Assembly: GCF_000148385.1 (NCBI RefSeq)
Contig: NC_014537.1
Coordinates: 2,070,001-2,102,000 of the forward strand
Direction of reading: 5' to 3'
Length of the DNA: 32,000 nucleotides
From: Vulcanisaeta distributa DSM 14429
Lineage (GTDB): Archaea > Thermoproteota > Thermoprotei > Thermoproteales > Thermocladiaceae
A program made the position numbers and the translations under genes. Of this stretch, positions 1-9,507 are shown one piece after another. The notes below the pieces were generated by a model. The model saw only the letters and a list, made by a program, of their open reading frames with translations, searched no databases and was not told the DNA's origin. Each line of letters starts with the position of its first letter. Positions within the stretch are counted from its first letter, which is position 1.

Positions 1-1407
1 TATTACGCAGTTCCGGGGCTTGGCGCAGTACTACATACGGTTAATGTGAGGTACTCACCTGAGGATATAGCTTATACCATTAATCACGCCGGCGATGAGA
101 TACTATTTGTTAAGGACGAATTCCTACCACTACTTCAGGCAATAATTCCGAAACTTAAGACTGTTAAGAAGGTCGTTTTAATGACGGACAAGCCAGAGCC
201 ACCACAGGTAAAGCTTCCTGGAGTTGAGGTGTATAATTATGAGGACTTAATAAGGAGTTCGAGTCCATACGACTTTAAGGACTTTGATGAGAGGACTGTG
301 GCCACGCTATTCTACACCTCAGGTACTACCGGGCCGCCAAAGGGGGTTTTCTTCACACATAGGCAGTTGGTTCTCCATGCCATGGCCATTGCCATATCAA
401 CGTCGGCGCCGCCCTACGAGCTTAGCGTCAGGGATGTAGTGATGCCGCTGGTGCCCATGTACCACGTACATGCATGGGGAGGCCCGCATGCCATGTTCCT
501 TGCCGGTCAAAAGTACGTATTTACTGGACGTATGGATTGGGGCTACATACTGAAGACAATAAGTGAGGAGAAGGTTACTTACGTATATGGGGTCCCCGTT
601 ATACTATACTTACTACTCACTCACCCTGATTCACCAAAGTATGACCTTAGGGGTCTTAAGTATGGTAATGGTGGCTCTGCGATGCCTGAAGGGCTTTATA
701 AATTGGCTAGGTCTAGGGGTATCATAGTCATTAATGGCTATGGCCTATCCGAAACAGCGCCTGTGATTGCCCAGGCCCTATTTAAGGCGTCAACGCTGAA
801 CTGGCCCGAGGATAAGAAGGAGAATTACCTAATGAAGGGGCTTAGGCAAATACCACTTACATTCATTAGGGTTGTTGATGAGTATGGTAAGGACGTGCCT
901 AAGGATGGTAAGACCATCGGCGAGATCGTGGTTAGGTCACCCTGGCTAACGCCAGCCTACTTTAAGGATCCTGAAAAGACGAGGGAGTTATGGCGCGGTG
1001 GCTGGTTACACACGGGCGATGTAGCCGTCTGGGACTCTGATGGTCATATATGGATTATGGATAGACTTAAGGATGTTATTAAGAGTGGTGGTGAGTGGAT
1101 TGTGAGTACGAAGTTAGAGGATATCATTAGTACTCACCCTGCCGTTGGTGAAGTTGCAGTGATCGGTGTTCCTCATCCGAAGTGGGGTGAGAGGCCCGTG
1201 GCTGTGGTTGTGCCAAAGCCCGGGCAAAGAGTCACAGAAGACGATATCAAGAACTACCTAATGAAATTTGTTGAAAAGGGCGAAATACCAAAGTGGTGGG
1301 TACCGGACAAGGTAATAATTAGTGAGAAGGAGTTACCAAAGACGAGCACTGCTAAGGCTGACAAGAAGATTCTTAGAGAGCTCTATAAGAACGTGCTTTC
1401 GGCATGA
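1..1407 (+). CDS. AMP-dependent acyl-CoA synthetase/ligase (medium/long-chain fatty-acid CoA ligase family). The 5' end is truncated by the window edge.
   Basis: The reading frame is open from nt 1 (YYAVPGLGAVLHTVN...). It has the AMP-binding signature YTSGTTGPPKG, later GYGLSETAP and WLHTGD motifs, and a C-terminal KTSTAKADKK lysine region. Confidence 0.85.
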   Translation, partial: YYAVPGLGAVLHTVNVRYSPEDIAYTINHAGDEILFVKDEFLPLLQAIIPKLKTVKKVVLMTDKPEPPQVKLPGVEVYNYEDLIRSSSPYDFKDFDERTVATLFYTSGTTGPPKGVFFTHRQLVLHAMAIAISTSAPPYELSVRDVVMPLVPMYHVHAWGGPHAMFLAGQKYVFTGRMDWGYILKTISEEKVTYVYGVPVILYLLLTHPDSPKYDLRGLKYGNGGSAMPEGLYKLARSRGIIVINGYGLSETAPVIAQALFKASTLNWPEDKKENYLMKGLRQIPLTFIRVVDEYGKDVPKDGKTIGEIVVRSPWLTPAYFKDPEKTRELWRGGWLHTGDVAVWDSDGHIWIMDRLKDVIKSGGEWIVSTKLEDIISTHPAVGEVAVIGVPHPKWGERPVAVVVPKPGQRVTEDDIKNYLMKFVEKGEIPKWWVPDKVIISEKELPKTSTAKADKKILRELYKNVLSA

Positions 1408-1467
1408 AATATATATAGAGTATATATTGATTAATGTTTAAAAGCACAGTAGCTATATGCATTCTAT

Positions 1468-2388
1468 ATGATAATTGATTTCCATGCATGTCCCTCTGTA
1501 GATTTATCCTTAATTAGGGATAGACTTTCATCAATAGGGGTTACGAGAGTTGTTTTACAGCCAATAGACGCATTGCCATTATTCCATTTGTTACCTAATG
1601 ATTTCTTCAGGAAATTATCAAGTGAGGACCCACATTCAGCATTGCTCTGGAGTAAGTTTATCCTTAGGTTAACGAGTATGTGGTCGCCGAGAATGTACGA
1701 TAATGTGAAGCTCTGGTACGAGGCGATGCATCATGATGGCTTTTTCGTACCATTCGCTAGTATTAATCCATCCCTCGGCATTAAGTATGTTTATGAAAAA
1801 CTCAATGAGTTGGCAGGTCTCAACGTTAGGGGCATTGTCGTATCACCCACGCTTCAACTATTTGATCCAATAAATACGAGGTCTTTCAGGGCAATACTTG
1901 AATATGTTGAGAAAAACAACATGCTTCTTATAATGCACCTGGATCCCTGCCCATATAATGTAGATATATGCTTCAAGGATCTCATGCCCGACATTCTCAA
2001 CGAGCTGCTTGAGAGATACAGCATCAACCTAGTCTTATCTGCCTTGGGTATTTCTGAGGGCATGGCATATCCATGGCTCGAGAGAATAGCCAAGATAATG
2101 AAGAGGTATGACAGGGTTTACATAGAGTCCACAGGCATTTCATGCATATTATTTAGTACATTAATGGGTAAGAGCTTCGTAAGGTCAGTGGGTGCTGATA
2201 GGATAATTTATGGCGGTGGTTACCCATACCTAAGGCTTAGGCAGGTAGTTAAGAACTTAAACTGTATTGAGTCATCGGGATTGCCTAAACGTGATTTAGA
2301 GTCAATATTCCACGACAATGCCGTTTACTTATTAAGAAATGTGGATATTGATGTTGAGAATGAGGAAATAGAAAATAAAGTTAATTGA
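1468..2388 (+). CDS. Metal-dependent TIM-barrel hydrolase (Amidohydrolase-2-like family)
   Basis: The N-terminus IIDFHAC resembles the family's metal-binding start (usually two His residues; here H then C). The C-terminal SIFHDNAVYLL resembles the family's typical ending. AT-rich promoter-like sequence lies upstream. Confidence 0.55.
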   Translation: MIIDFHACPSVDLSLIRDRLSSIGVTRVVLQPIDALPLFHLLPNDFFRKLSSEDPHSALLWSKFILRLTSMWSPRMYDNVKLWYEAMHHDGFFVPFASINPSLGIKYVYEKLNELAGLNVRGIVVSPTLQLFDPINTRSFRAILEYVEKNNMLLIMHLDPCPYNVDICFKDLMPDILNELLERYSINLVLSALGISEGMAYPWLERIAKIMKRYDRVYIESTGISCILFSTLMGKSFVRSVGADRIIYGGGYPYLRLRQVVKNLNCIESSGLPKRDLESIFHDNAVYLLRNVDIDVENEEIENKVN

Positions 2389-2410
2389 ATTTAACTTAAG
2401 TGTTCCTATT

Positions 2411-2959
2411 TTATGGTGGTATCACACCGAGTGGTGGTGGTATTCCCAGTGATACTACGGCACCAAGTATTAGGAATAATGCGCCATCGATAATCGCCAG
2501 GAGACCTGAGGTCCAATGTAACCTGGCGCTCGCCCTATAGCCTGCTATTGCCGCGGTTAATACCTGAAGCGCCAGGAAGAATAGTGCCAACGCCAATAGT
2601 ATTTGCCCAGTTAGACCTGCTAGGGCAGCGACAAATAGGAAGTATATCCCTGAGTAAAGCAATACGTGATTCATAGCAAATAGGTTGCTCTTACCAATAG
2701 TTGCAGCTATACCAATCATCCAGAGAAGCGCATCAAATACCGCAGTGGCCGCTGCGGCAAGGGCATTACCTGCGAGTACGTCAAATAAGGTACCTATCAA
2801 TAGCATGATTCCGCCGCTTATAAATACGATGCCCAAGTCCCTGGGCTCATTCTTCTTCCCAATGTTCATGTTGACACCACCAACCGTTATTAACATGGCG
2901 CCACCAACTATATACACAAGGTCTGTTGCAGCCAGAGCCATTTCGGATATGCCACTCAT
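2411..2959 (-). CDS. Multi-pass integral membrane protein (about 6 TM), family unknown
   Basis: The 182-aa sequence is highly hydrophobic and Gly/Ala/Leu-rich with regularly spaced hydrophobic segments. A TATA-like CTAATATAAG lies about 28 nt upstream on the minus strand. The overlapping plus-strand ORF 2685-2975 is low-complexity antisense. Confidence 0.6.
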   Translation of the reverse strand: MSGISEMALAATDLVYIVGGAMLITVGGVNMNIGKKNEPRDLGIVFISGGIMLLIGTLFDVLAGNALAAAATAVFDALLWMIGIAATIGKSNLFAMNHVLLYSGIYFLFVAALAGLTGQILLALALFFLALQVLTAAIAGYRASARLHWTSGLLAIIDGALFLILGAVVSLGIPPPLGVIPP

Positions 2960-3115
2960 ACAAGGTAATGAATAAGTTAGTACTTATATTAGAGTGTATG
3001 TTTTACTTCTTATATTTATATTATTTATATAATCAAAAAGATATATATCATATGAAGTACGTGAGGTAATGACTCATAATAAAAATAAAATGCTATGTGA
3101 AGCATTGAGATTCGA

Positions 3116-4207
3116 ATGAAGAGATCCATCATTGTAATTATCATAATGTTGGCTAGGGTAATATATAGTGCGTATTGGTTTTACCTGGCTCCAGCATTAC
3201 CAATAATTAGTATTGAGTTTAAAGTCAATAAGGCATTACTTGGCTTAGTCCCATTCGCATTCATTGTTGGTGCCGCATCATTTCAAATACCGGCAGGCAT
3301 TATAGCAAGCCGCCTGGGTAATGCTAAGACCGCCGGTCTTGGTTTATTCGCCATGGCAATTACGGGTTTATTAATACCCTTTAGCACCAACTTTTATGAG
3401 GTATTGATCCTTAGGTTAATCGCAGGTATCGGTGCTGCACTATTTTTCTCAACTGGTGCCGCAATACTATCGACCGCATATCCTGAGAGGGTTGGCACAT
3501 TACTCGGTATTTATAACGCAGCCTTCGGCCTTGGCTCAGGGATAGGCTTAGCGTGGGGTATTACATACGCATTTCTTGGGTGGAGATTATCAACACTATT
3601 GCTCAGTGCTGTTGGTGTTCCATTAGCATTAACTGTATTCTTTGTTCAGAGTGGTTACATACATAGTCCGCGCATTAGGTTTAGCCGTGATGCGGTAATA
3701 ATTGGCATAGCAACAAGTGGCTTCTGGGGCACGTACATAACGGCTGGTAATTTGTTACCTACGTACGCCGTTGGCAGGGGCTTGCCCCTTTACGTATCTT
3801 CGCTGTTGACGTCGATAATGCTCTTCTCGAGCATATTTGGAGGGCTTTCTGGGCGGATAATTGATGCCATTAAGAATAGGGTCCTATTAATAGTGGTGTT
3901 GACCATAGTGGGTACAGTACCGCTGATCACCATACCCACACTAAATGTGGCAGCCATAGTAATTGCCGGAGGTTTAATGGGCTTCACGAATGAGTTAGCA
4001 TTAACTGCGGCATACGCGTTAGTTGCTAGACATGAGAATCCAACCCTCTCTCTAGCAACATTAAATGCCCTAAATATGATCATTGGTATGTGGCTTAGCA
4101 TTCTGTTTACTGAGACAATGGTCATTTCGTACTCATTACCCTGGATATTAATGATACTAATATCCCTAGCACTCCTACCACTGCTCAAGCTAGTCAGCGT
4201 TACTTAA
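3116..4207 (+). CDS. MFS-type transporter
   Basis: 363 aa with about 10-12 hydrophobic helices and Gly-rich helix packing typical of MFS. An AT-rich TATA region lies about 30 nt upstream. Confidence 0.65.
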   Translation: MKRSIIVIIIMLARVIYSAYWFYLAPALPIISIEFKVNKALLGLVPFAFIVGAASFQIPAGIIASRLGNAKTAGLGLFAMAITGLLIPFSTNFYEVLILRLIAGIGAALFFSTGAAILSTAYPERVGTLLGIYNAAFGLGSGIGLAWGITYAFLGWRLSTLLLSAVGVPLALTVFFVQSGYIHSPRIRFSRDAVIIGIATSGFWGTYITAGNLLPTYAVGRGLPLYVSSLLTSIMLFSSIFGGLSGRIIDAIKNRVLLIVVLTIVGTVPLITIPTLNVAAIVIAGGLMGFTNELALTAAYALVARHENPTLSLATLNALNMIIGMWLSILFTETMVISYSLPWILMILISLALLPLLKLVSVT

Positions 4208-5642
4208 TAATTTTGTAATTATGGACCCTAAACCCAAGGAGCCCCCCTCGAACCAACAATGCCCTTATCACTAAATATGCCGTAATTATTGCAAGGGTTA
4301 CGAAGTATGGTATCAACTCGGCAATCTTTACGCCAAGCATGGACTCCGTAGCCGTAAATATCGTTATTAAAGCCGCCACCACAGACACAGCCTTATCCAG
4401 CCCCCTCATGGTGTCGACACCGTAAAGCACGGCCTTTATCTTCATGGTGGCAGCCCTAAGCAAGGCGAAATTTGCCGATAAGTGGACTATCAGGTTTGCA
4501 AGCATTGATAGGAAACCAAGGAGTAAGAAGGCATTGAATGGTCCGAGTAAGTAAGTTGTAATTAATGCGATTATGTCAAGGGCCAGTGCGCTGATCAGCA
4601 CTGAAATGACCGGGTTACCCCTACTATTAACCAGTGATAATGCGTTTGGTAGTTGCTTATCATCAGCCATTGCGTATAAAGTCCTTGATGCCGCGAGTAC
4701 GTAAGCCAGAGCACCAAGTATACCATCATTAATCATCGCAAAGATTACTATTGGATCAAGTAGCACACCGAGGAAGTGATGCAGTACTATTACGACGGGT
4801 GATAAGCCCTTACCTGTGGCTTCATTTAGGAACCGAATGAACTCATGAATATTCATGTACGATAAGCCAGCCACCGCTGTTGAGTAAACAGCCAATGCTG
4901 CTAAAGCACCACCAGTAATTATGACAGTCTCCACAGCTCGACTAACTGTTTCTCTAGCTCTCCTAACCTCACCGCTTAATGGTGCTATTGTGCCATAGCC
5001 CGTGGGAATAGCTATTGCATAAACCACAGCTACCATAAACGTTGATAGTGATATTGAACCCATGTAAGTGAATGGGTTGAAGAGGATTCCATGAGGGATC
5101 AGGAGTAATACTACGGATATCAGTATTAGGGTTGCCATCTCAAGCGAGCCTGCAAAAATGGCGTACTTTGCCGAGACCCTAATGCCTAAATACGCCAGTA
5201 CGGTCATTACTGCCAAGGATATGGGCAAATTAATTTGCCAAGGGATCCCTAAAATCCATTGGGCAAGGTATGATGCGCCAACCACGTAGGCAGCGCCATA
5301 GGGAATTGCATAAAATAGGTAATTCCAACCAATGAAGAATCCCGTTGACTTACCGCCAAGGTATTTCGTAGCATATTTGTAATAACCACCAGCCTCAGTA
5401 ACCCTCTTACTAAGTCGCGCAACTACGAAGCCGTTGATGAACGCTATGATTGACCCAATAATTATCGCTACAGGACCCGCCAGACCGGCTATGGCAAGGA
5501 CTGCCGAGGCGTAAGTTAAGTCACTAAGGAATGGTGATTGCCCACCTAGGCTTGCGAAGAATACGTCCCAGAATCCCAATACCCTACGCAGACCTACTTC
5601 ACTTGCGCTGTTACGTAAATTATTATTTACGTGATTGTTCAT
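4200..5642 (-). CDS. Amino acid/polyamine permease (APC superfamily)
   Basis: 480 aa with about 12 TM. The N-terminal LRRVLGFWDVFFASLGGQSP segment is typical of APC permeases. Its end overlaps the 3' end of the convergent MFS gene by 8 nt. Confidence 0.8.
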   Translation of the reverse strand: MNNHVNNNLRNSASEVGLRRVLGFWDVFFASLGGQSPFLSDLTYASAVLAIAGLAGPVAIIIGSIIAFINGFVVARLSKRVTEAGGYYKYATKYLGGKSTGFFIGWNYLFYAIPYGAAYVVGASYLAQWILGIPWQINLPISLAVMTVLAYLGIRVSAKYAIFAGSLEMATLILISVVLLLIPHGILFNPFTYMGSISLSTFMVAVVYAIAIPTGYGTIAPLSGEVRRARETVSRAVETVIITGGALAALAVYSTAVAGLSYMNIHEFIRFLNEATGKGLSPVVIVLHHFLGVLLDPIVIFAMINDGILGALAYVLAASRTLYAMADDKQLPNALSLVNSRGNPVISVLISALALDIIALITTYLLGPFNAFLLLGFLSMLANLIVHLSANFALLRAATMKIKAVLYGVDTMRGLDKAVSVVAALITIFTATESMLGVKIAELIPYFVTLAIITAYLVIRALLVRGGLLGFRVHNYKIIK

Positions 5643-5764
5643 ATTTATGACTTTATGATATCATAGAAACATAGTCTTTAAAAAACTAACTGCCTTTTAC
5701 TAAAACATTTTGTTGTATATGACGATAAACAAGTTGCATATTAATGATTACTTTTAAAAATTTT

Positions 5765-6358
5765 CTATGTAGAATAATTAGAAATTGAAGGACAAACCTC
5801 AATCAATAATCTTCTTAATACCGACTGGGAATCACCAAGCCCTCTAACATAGTGATAAAACGCATTATTGCAATTAATGCCATTGTTTCTACTGGTAATT
5901 ACGTGAATTTCAACTCCTAATTCACAGGGATTAGGTATTAGTTTCTTGAAGTACCTCATATATGTTTTCGTCAATCTAATTATCACGTAATCCCACCTAC
6001 CACTTACCAATTGGTTCAGGTCAGGATTACCATAAACCATCCATTTATCCAATACGGACTCATCGGCACTGCCCAGGTAAGCATCGTAGGGTATTATCCA
6101 CCTATCACCACTTATTACACCATACCTAGCCGAAAGCACAAAAACATCAGTGCATTCCCTGAAATGCCTAAGCACCCTAAACTCAGGTCCATCATACATG
6201 TCCAGGGCAGGTCTCATTAAATCACTCAATAATCTCCTATATTCATTCTCATGCTCAATATCAAAACTAGGCACTCTACCGAGTCTCTTCATAACCTGCT
6301 CAGCATTAACTGACTTCCTCCTGCTGCAATTAATAATGACGGCAACTCTCCTACCCAT
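5765..6358 (-). CDS. Uncharacterized protein, DUF6884-like by motif pattern
   Basis: The pattern INCSRRK...PALDMYDGPEFRV...VFVLSARYGVISGD..IIPYDAYL matches my recollection of the DUF6884 consensus (CSxxK ... PA.elY.G.lF ... ILSAkyGl...PYD.tL). Its ATG overlaps the upstream gene's stop by 8 nt. Confidence 0.5.
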   Translation of the reverse strand: MGRRVAVIINCSRRKSVNAEQVMKRLGRVPSFDIEHENEYRRLLSDLMRPALDMYDGPEFRVLRHFRECTDVFVLSARYGVISGDRWIIPYDAYLGSADESVLDKWMVYGNPDLNQLVSGRWDYVIIRLTKTYMRYFKKLIPNPCELGVEIHVITSRNNGINCNNAFYHYVRGLGDSQSVLRRLLIEVCPSISNYST

Positions 6359-7145
6359 TATAAGTACTTCTCACAGACACATACTTAAACAGTAAACCCC
6401 TTCTGTCAAGTAACCTATAGCCGGCTCCAAGCTTAAGCAGTTCAATGACGGAGTGAGGCTCCTTAACCAAGGAACTACCGATGACGTCAATTCCCAATCC
6501 ATGCAGTATTGGGGGATAGGCGGCAGCCGTGGGCCCGCTCAATACGGTGATCGCCCCATCCTTCCTCATGGTTAGTAATTGATCAATTGTGTTATTTACC
6601 ATGGCGGAGCCCGTTATAACGAGTATATCGCAATTCGGTATTATGAGCGGCGCATCAACATCGGGGTAGCTATCATGCCTCAGGTCGCTCCTTCTCTCCA
6701 GCTGATAAACACTGCACTTACCCCTTAGCGCCTCTGCAACCGGTGTAATACTGCCGACAAAACAAGCCGTGCATGGGGGTTTAACGAACCTCAGAATTTC
6801 ACTCTTTAAATCGCCCTGAGAAAGCCTGAGTCCCTCACGCATAACCAGGTAATGGGATATGGCGTTAATCAACGCAATCCCTAGGGCCCTGACTAATGAA
6901 TCTAAGTTAACGACAAGTTCAGGAAGTTCCTCAACCTTAGGGACTACGCCAACTTCGCCGGCCCTTAAATCCTCAGTTGGCGTATAGGCAATGCCAAGGA
7001 ACTCCCCAAGCCTTGTGCCTATAAGCACGTAGGTATAGTTGAGACAGTTACACTTATCGAGGACCTCAATGCGGTCATTACCGAGAAGCTTCAGAACCTT
7101 CTCAGCAACCTGCCTACTAAAAAATCTCCGCATATTACTTCCCAA
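6351..7145 (-). CDS. DUF4213/DUF364 protein (Rossmann-like 'putative heavy-metal chelation' domain family)
   Basis: The motifs ALGIALINAISHY, CDILVITGSAMVNNTIDQLL, VLSGPTAAAYPPILHGLGIDVIGSS match the DUF364 family pattern. The start is either TTG at 7145 (11-nt overlap with the DUF72 gene) or ATG at 7133 (1 nt after the DUF72 stop). Confidence 0.7.
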   Translation of the reverse strand: MGSNMRRFFSRQVAEKVLKLLGNDRIEVLDKCNCLNYTYVLIGTRLGEFLGIAYTPTEDLRAGEVGVVPKVEELPELVVNLDSLVRALGIALINAISHYLVMREGLRLSQGDLKSEILRFVKPPCTACFVGSITPVAEALRGKCSVYQLERRSDLRHDSYPDVDAPLIIPNCDILVITGSAMVNNTIDQLLTMRKDGAITVLSGPTAAAYPPILHGLGIDVIGSSLVKEPHSVIELLKLGAGYRLLDRRGLLFKYVSVRSTYNG

Positions 7146-7875
7146 TTAACTTCATGAATCTGAGGGCATCATCAAGCATGTGCACGTTATTAAACATCAC
7201 GTATATGGTAGACGACTCAACACCATCAATAATAGCCTTAAGTCTCCCAAGGTCGTTATCGGTGTACTTATATGAATAGTTAACCTCGCCCTTACCAATC
7301 CCATGAAGCCTGAAGTAGGTTACATCACGAGGAACGAGAACCTCATGCCTAAAGGGATCAACAACATGCACAATACCTGTTTCCTCAAAGACCCGTCTCA
7401 ATAAATCGACATTATTATAACTAATACCCCTTGGTTCCCAACCTATCCTATCACTACCACCTATTGTGCGGAAGAACTCAATGACATCCCTAACACTATC
7501 CTCAGTAATTTCCATGGAAGGTGGCGTCTGAAAGACATAAAACACCGGGTTAAGGGGCTTAGTTACGTTGACGAATTCATCCCAAAGCTCGAAATTCTCC
7601 CTCGTGGGCTTAAGCAAGCCATAATTACCTGAGTCACCCGTTAACCTAGCCCTCCTTATCTTACGCCAAGTCGGCGAATCACTAGTGTGCGTTAACCCCT
7701 GAAATACCTTGACTGTAAACTGAAAATCAGCAGGGGCCTCCCTCTTAAGGTTACTCATCCTTTCCTGAGTTGGTAAATCATAAAACGTCTCCTGTAACTC
7801 CACAACCTTAAATAACGAGTAATACTTAGACCGTGATGTGGGAAATCCGCAGGTACCCACAAAGACATCCTTCAT
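7135..7875 (-). CDS. DUF72 (YecE/UPF0759-like) TIM-barrel protein
   Basis: VGTCGFP...YYSLFKVVELQETFYDLP, FQFTVKVFQGLTH, VFQTPPS, FRLHGIG...NYSYKYTDNDL and YVMFNNVHMLDDA all follow the DUF72 family pattern. Confidence 0.8.
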   Translation of the reverse strand: MKDVFVGTCGFPTSRSKYYSLFKVVELQETFYDLPTQERMSNLKREAPADFQFTVKVFQGLTHTSDSPTWRKIRRARLTGDSGNYGLLKPTRENFELWDEFVNVTKPLNPVFYVFQTPPSMEITEDSVRDVIEFFRTIGGSDRIGWEPRGISYNNVDLLRRVFEETGIVHVVDPFRHEVLVPRDVTYFRLHGIGKGEVNYSYKYTDNDLGRLKAIIDGVESSTIYVMFNNVHMLDDALRFMKLIGK

Positions 7876-8224
7876 TGATTAACTATCCTAATGCAGAGTC
7901 TATTATGCTTTGCCCTGATACCTTTCGACAATATAGGAGTTAACTCACCCTCATTAATTTCTTATATTTGCGTCATAATACGAGATTGAAATTCCTAACT
8001 CAGATATTACTCACGCATTAAGAATAACCAAAGTTATAGGTTAATGCCCTAGTAAGTCTCTTTCATTTAGAAGTTTTATTCAATTCTACTTAACCAATCA
8101 CCCTATAAAATGCCATATAATCGCCCAAAAGGTTGGAGAAAGTCTGTAAATGTGAAAAGGTAAATTAGTAACCTACATGCATTTCGTAAAACTTAATCAT
8201 CTCTGAATCATTATTCCCGCGAAT

Positions 8225-8575
8225 ATGGGTTATGTCAGGGTTGGGGATATCGTGGGTGGTGTGGGTGGGTTGGGGGTTAGCTTCTTAGTTGATACTGGTG
8301 CCTTCTGCGCGGTAATAGGCCCAAGCCTCGCTGAGGACCTGGGTGTGAAGCCCGTGGTGAACGTAAGGCTTAGCGGCTGATGGTCACGAAGTCGTTGCTA
8401 GCCTATCCCTGGCTTACATGCGCCTTCTTAACAGGGATAGCGTATCCCCAGTAATTATCATGGAGCCACCAGAGCCCTTACTCGGCGTTGCCACCCCGAG
8501 GGCCTTGGCCTCAAGGCCAACCCAACTACCAACCAATTAGAGCATTCAAGACAGTATGGACTAGCAATAATCTAG
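8225..8575 (+). pseudogene. Retropepsin-like (clan AA) aspartic protease, disrupted by two frameshifts
   Basis: Three frame segments concatenate to MGYVRVGDIVGGVGGLGVSFLVDTGAFCAVIGPSLAEDLGVKPVVNVRLS / ADGHEVVASLSLAYMRLLNRDSVSPVIIMEPPEPLLGVAT / EGLGLKANPTTNQLEHSRQYGLAII. The catalytic LVDTGA motif is present. There is a +1 insertion near 8375-8376 (followed by a TGA at 8378-8380) and a -1 deletion near 8494-8497. The segment is GC-rich relative to its flanks. Confidence 0.8.
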
Positions 8576-8849
8576 GTATGGGTTGCGCTGAGTGGGTAAT
8601 CACAATGACTGCCGTAGTTATTGGTGCGGCGTCGTTGAAGCATGTATTACGGAGTTGACCCATGATTAACCCTTCCATGTCGTTGATATACCTCCCAACC
8701 TTATCGACCCTTCACGTGTAAAGATTAGACATTTATTTATAAAATTACCGCATGAAGGTAAGTAATTGTCTCACTCTTCGTGCAATAATGGCCGTAAACT
8801 ATTACCCAAGAAGATACTATCGCATTAAGGCGCTAAATCATTATAATAC

Positions 8850-9242
8850 CTACGGCACATCACGTGGCTCTAATCTCTCTACGTCTGTTTTATCGAAGTC
8901 CTTATCGAATGATACCAACTTAAGTCTCATCTTCTTAGCGTAATAATAATGAAGTCCGTCATCGAAGTCTAGGCCAACCTTGGGCGCAAGTTCCGCGGCC
9001 ATAATCTCCTCATCAATTGGTGAATCAATTATTACAAGTCCACGCCATGTACTTACCTCAGATAGAAACTTACTCACTAGGTCTGGCTTGCCTAGGATGG
9101 CAGATATGGCATGTATTGTGAAGTGAAGGACATAGGCCCTAATGTCGCCTTTCTTAACCCTGTTAAGGAACTCATAACACTCAGCCCACCTACCCCTCCT
9201 ATAAAGCACCTCTAAGAATATATTCGCATCAACCAGGTACAT
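8850..9242 (-). CDS. vapC: PIN-domain ribonuclease toxin (VapC family)
   Basis: MYLVDANIF at the N-terminus and the acidic residues in DFDDGLHYY and FDKDFD fit the PIN catalytic quartet. An AAGGAGGAGG Shine-Dalgarno sequence sits 4 nt upstream, inside the antitoxin's 3' end. The two genes overlap by 14 nt. Confidence 0.85.
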   Translation of the reverse strand: MYLVDANIFLEVLYRRGRWAECYEFLNRVKKGDIRAYVLHFTIHAISAILGKPDLVSKFLSEVSTWRGLVIIDSPIDEEIMAAELAPKVGLDFDDGLHYYYAKKMRLKLVSFDKDFDKTDVERLEPRDVP

Positions 9243-9507
9243 GGGCCCTCCTCCTTAATGCATCAACTAAGTCCTCACCACCCCACTGGTAATCCGATTG
9301 AAGTCCAAGGCCAACTATGGAATCAATGCCGCCACCACCCCCCTCATATAACGCAAGCTCCTTAATTATTAAGTCAGCAATGGCCCTTGATAATGAACCC
9401 CTCCTAAGCCCATATTTCTCAGCTACGTATTTACGAAACCTTTCGGCTAAATCCCTAGGTAACTCAACCTTAATAACCTCAACATCCCTCCCACCCTTAC
9501 CCATCAA
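9229..9507 (-). CDS. vapB: Ribbon-helix-helix (CopG/Arc-like) antitoxin paired with VapC
   Basis: It is small (92 aa). VIKVELPRDLAERFRKYVAEKYGLRRGSLSRAIADLI is a typical RHH beta-strand plus helices. It lies immediately upstream of, and overlaps, the PIN gene. Confidence 0.75.
   Translation of the reverse strand: MMGKGGRDVEVIKVELPRDLAERFRKYVAEKYGLRRGSLSRAIADLIIKELALYEGGGGGIDSIVGLGLQSDYQWGGEDLVDALRRRAHVPG

Noticed and set aside
2411-2959. Possible assignment of the 182-aa membrane protein to the GPR1/FUN34/YaaH (SatP) acetate channel family or the HdeD/DUF308 family.
   Set aside because: The similarity is only general (six hydrophobic helices, similar length). The N-terminal NPAPLGL signature of the SatP family is absent, so I left the family unassigned.
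8752-8943. A 63-aa plus-strand ORF upstream of and overlapping vapC.
   Set aside because: It overlaps the well-supported PIN-domain gene in antisense and has a low-complexity composition. It has no family signal.
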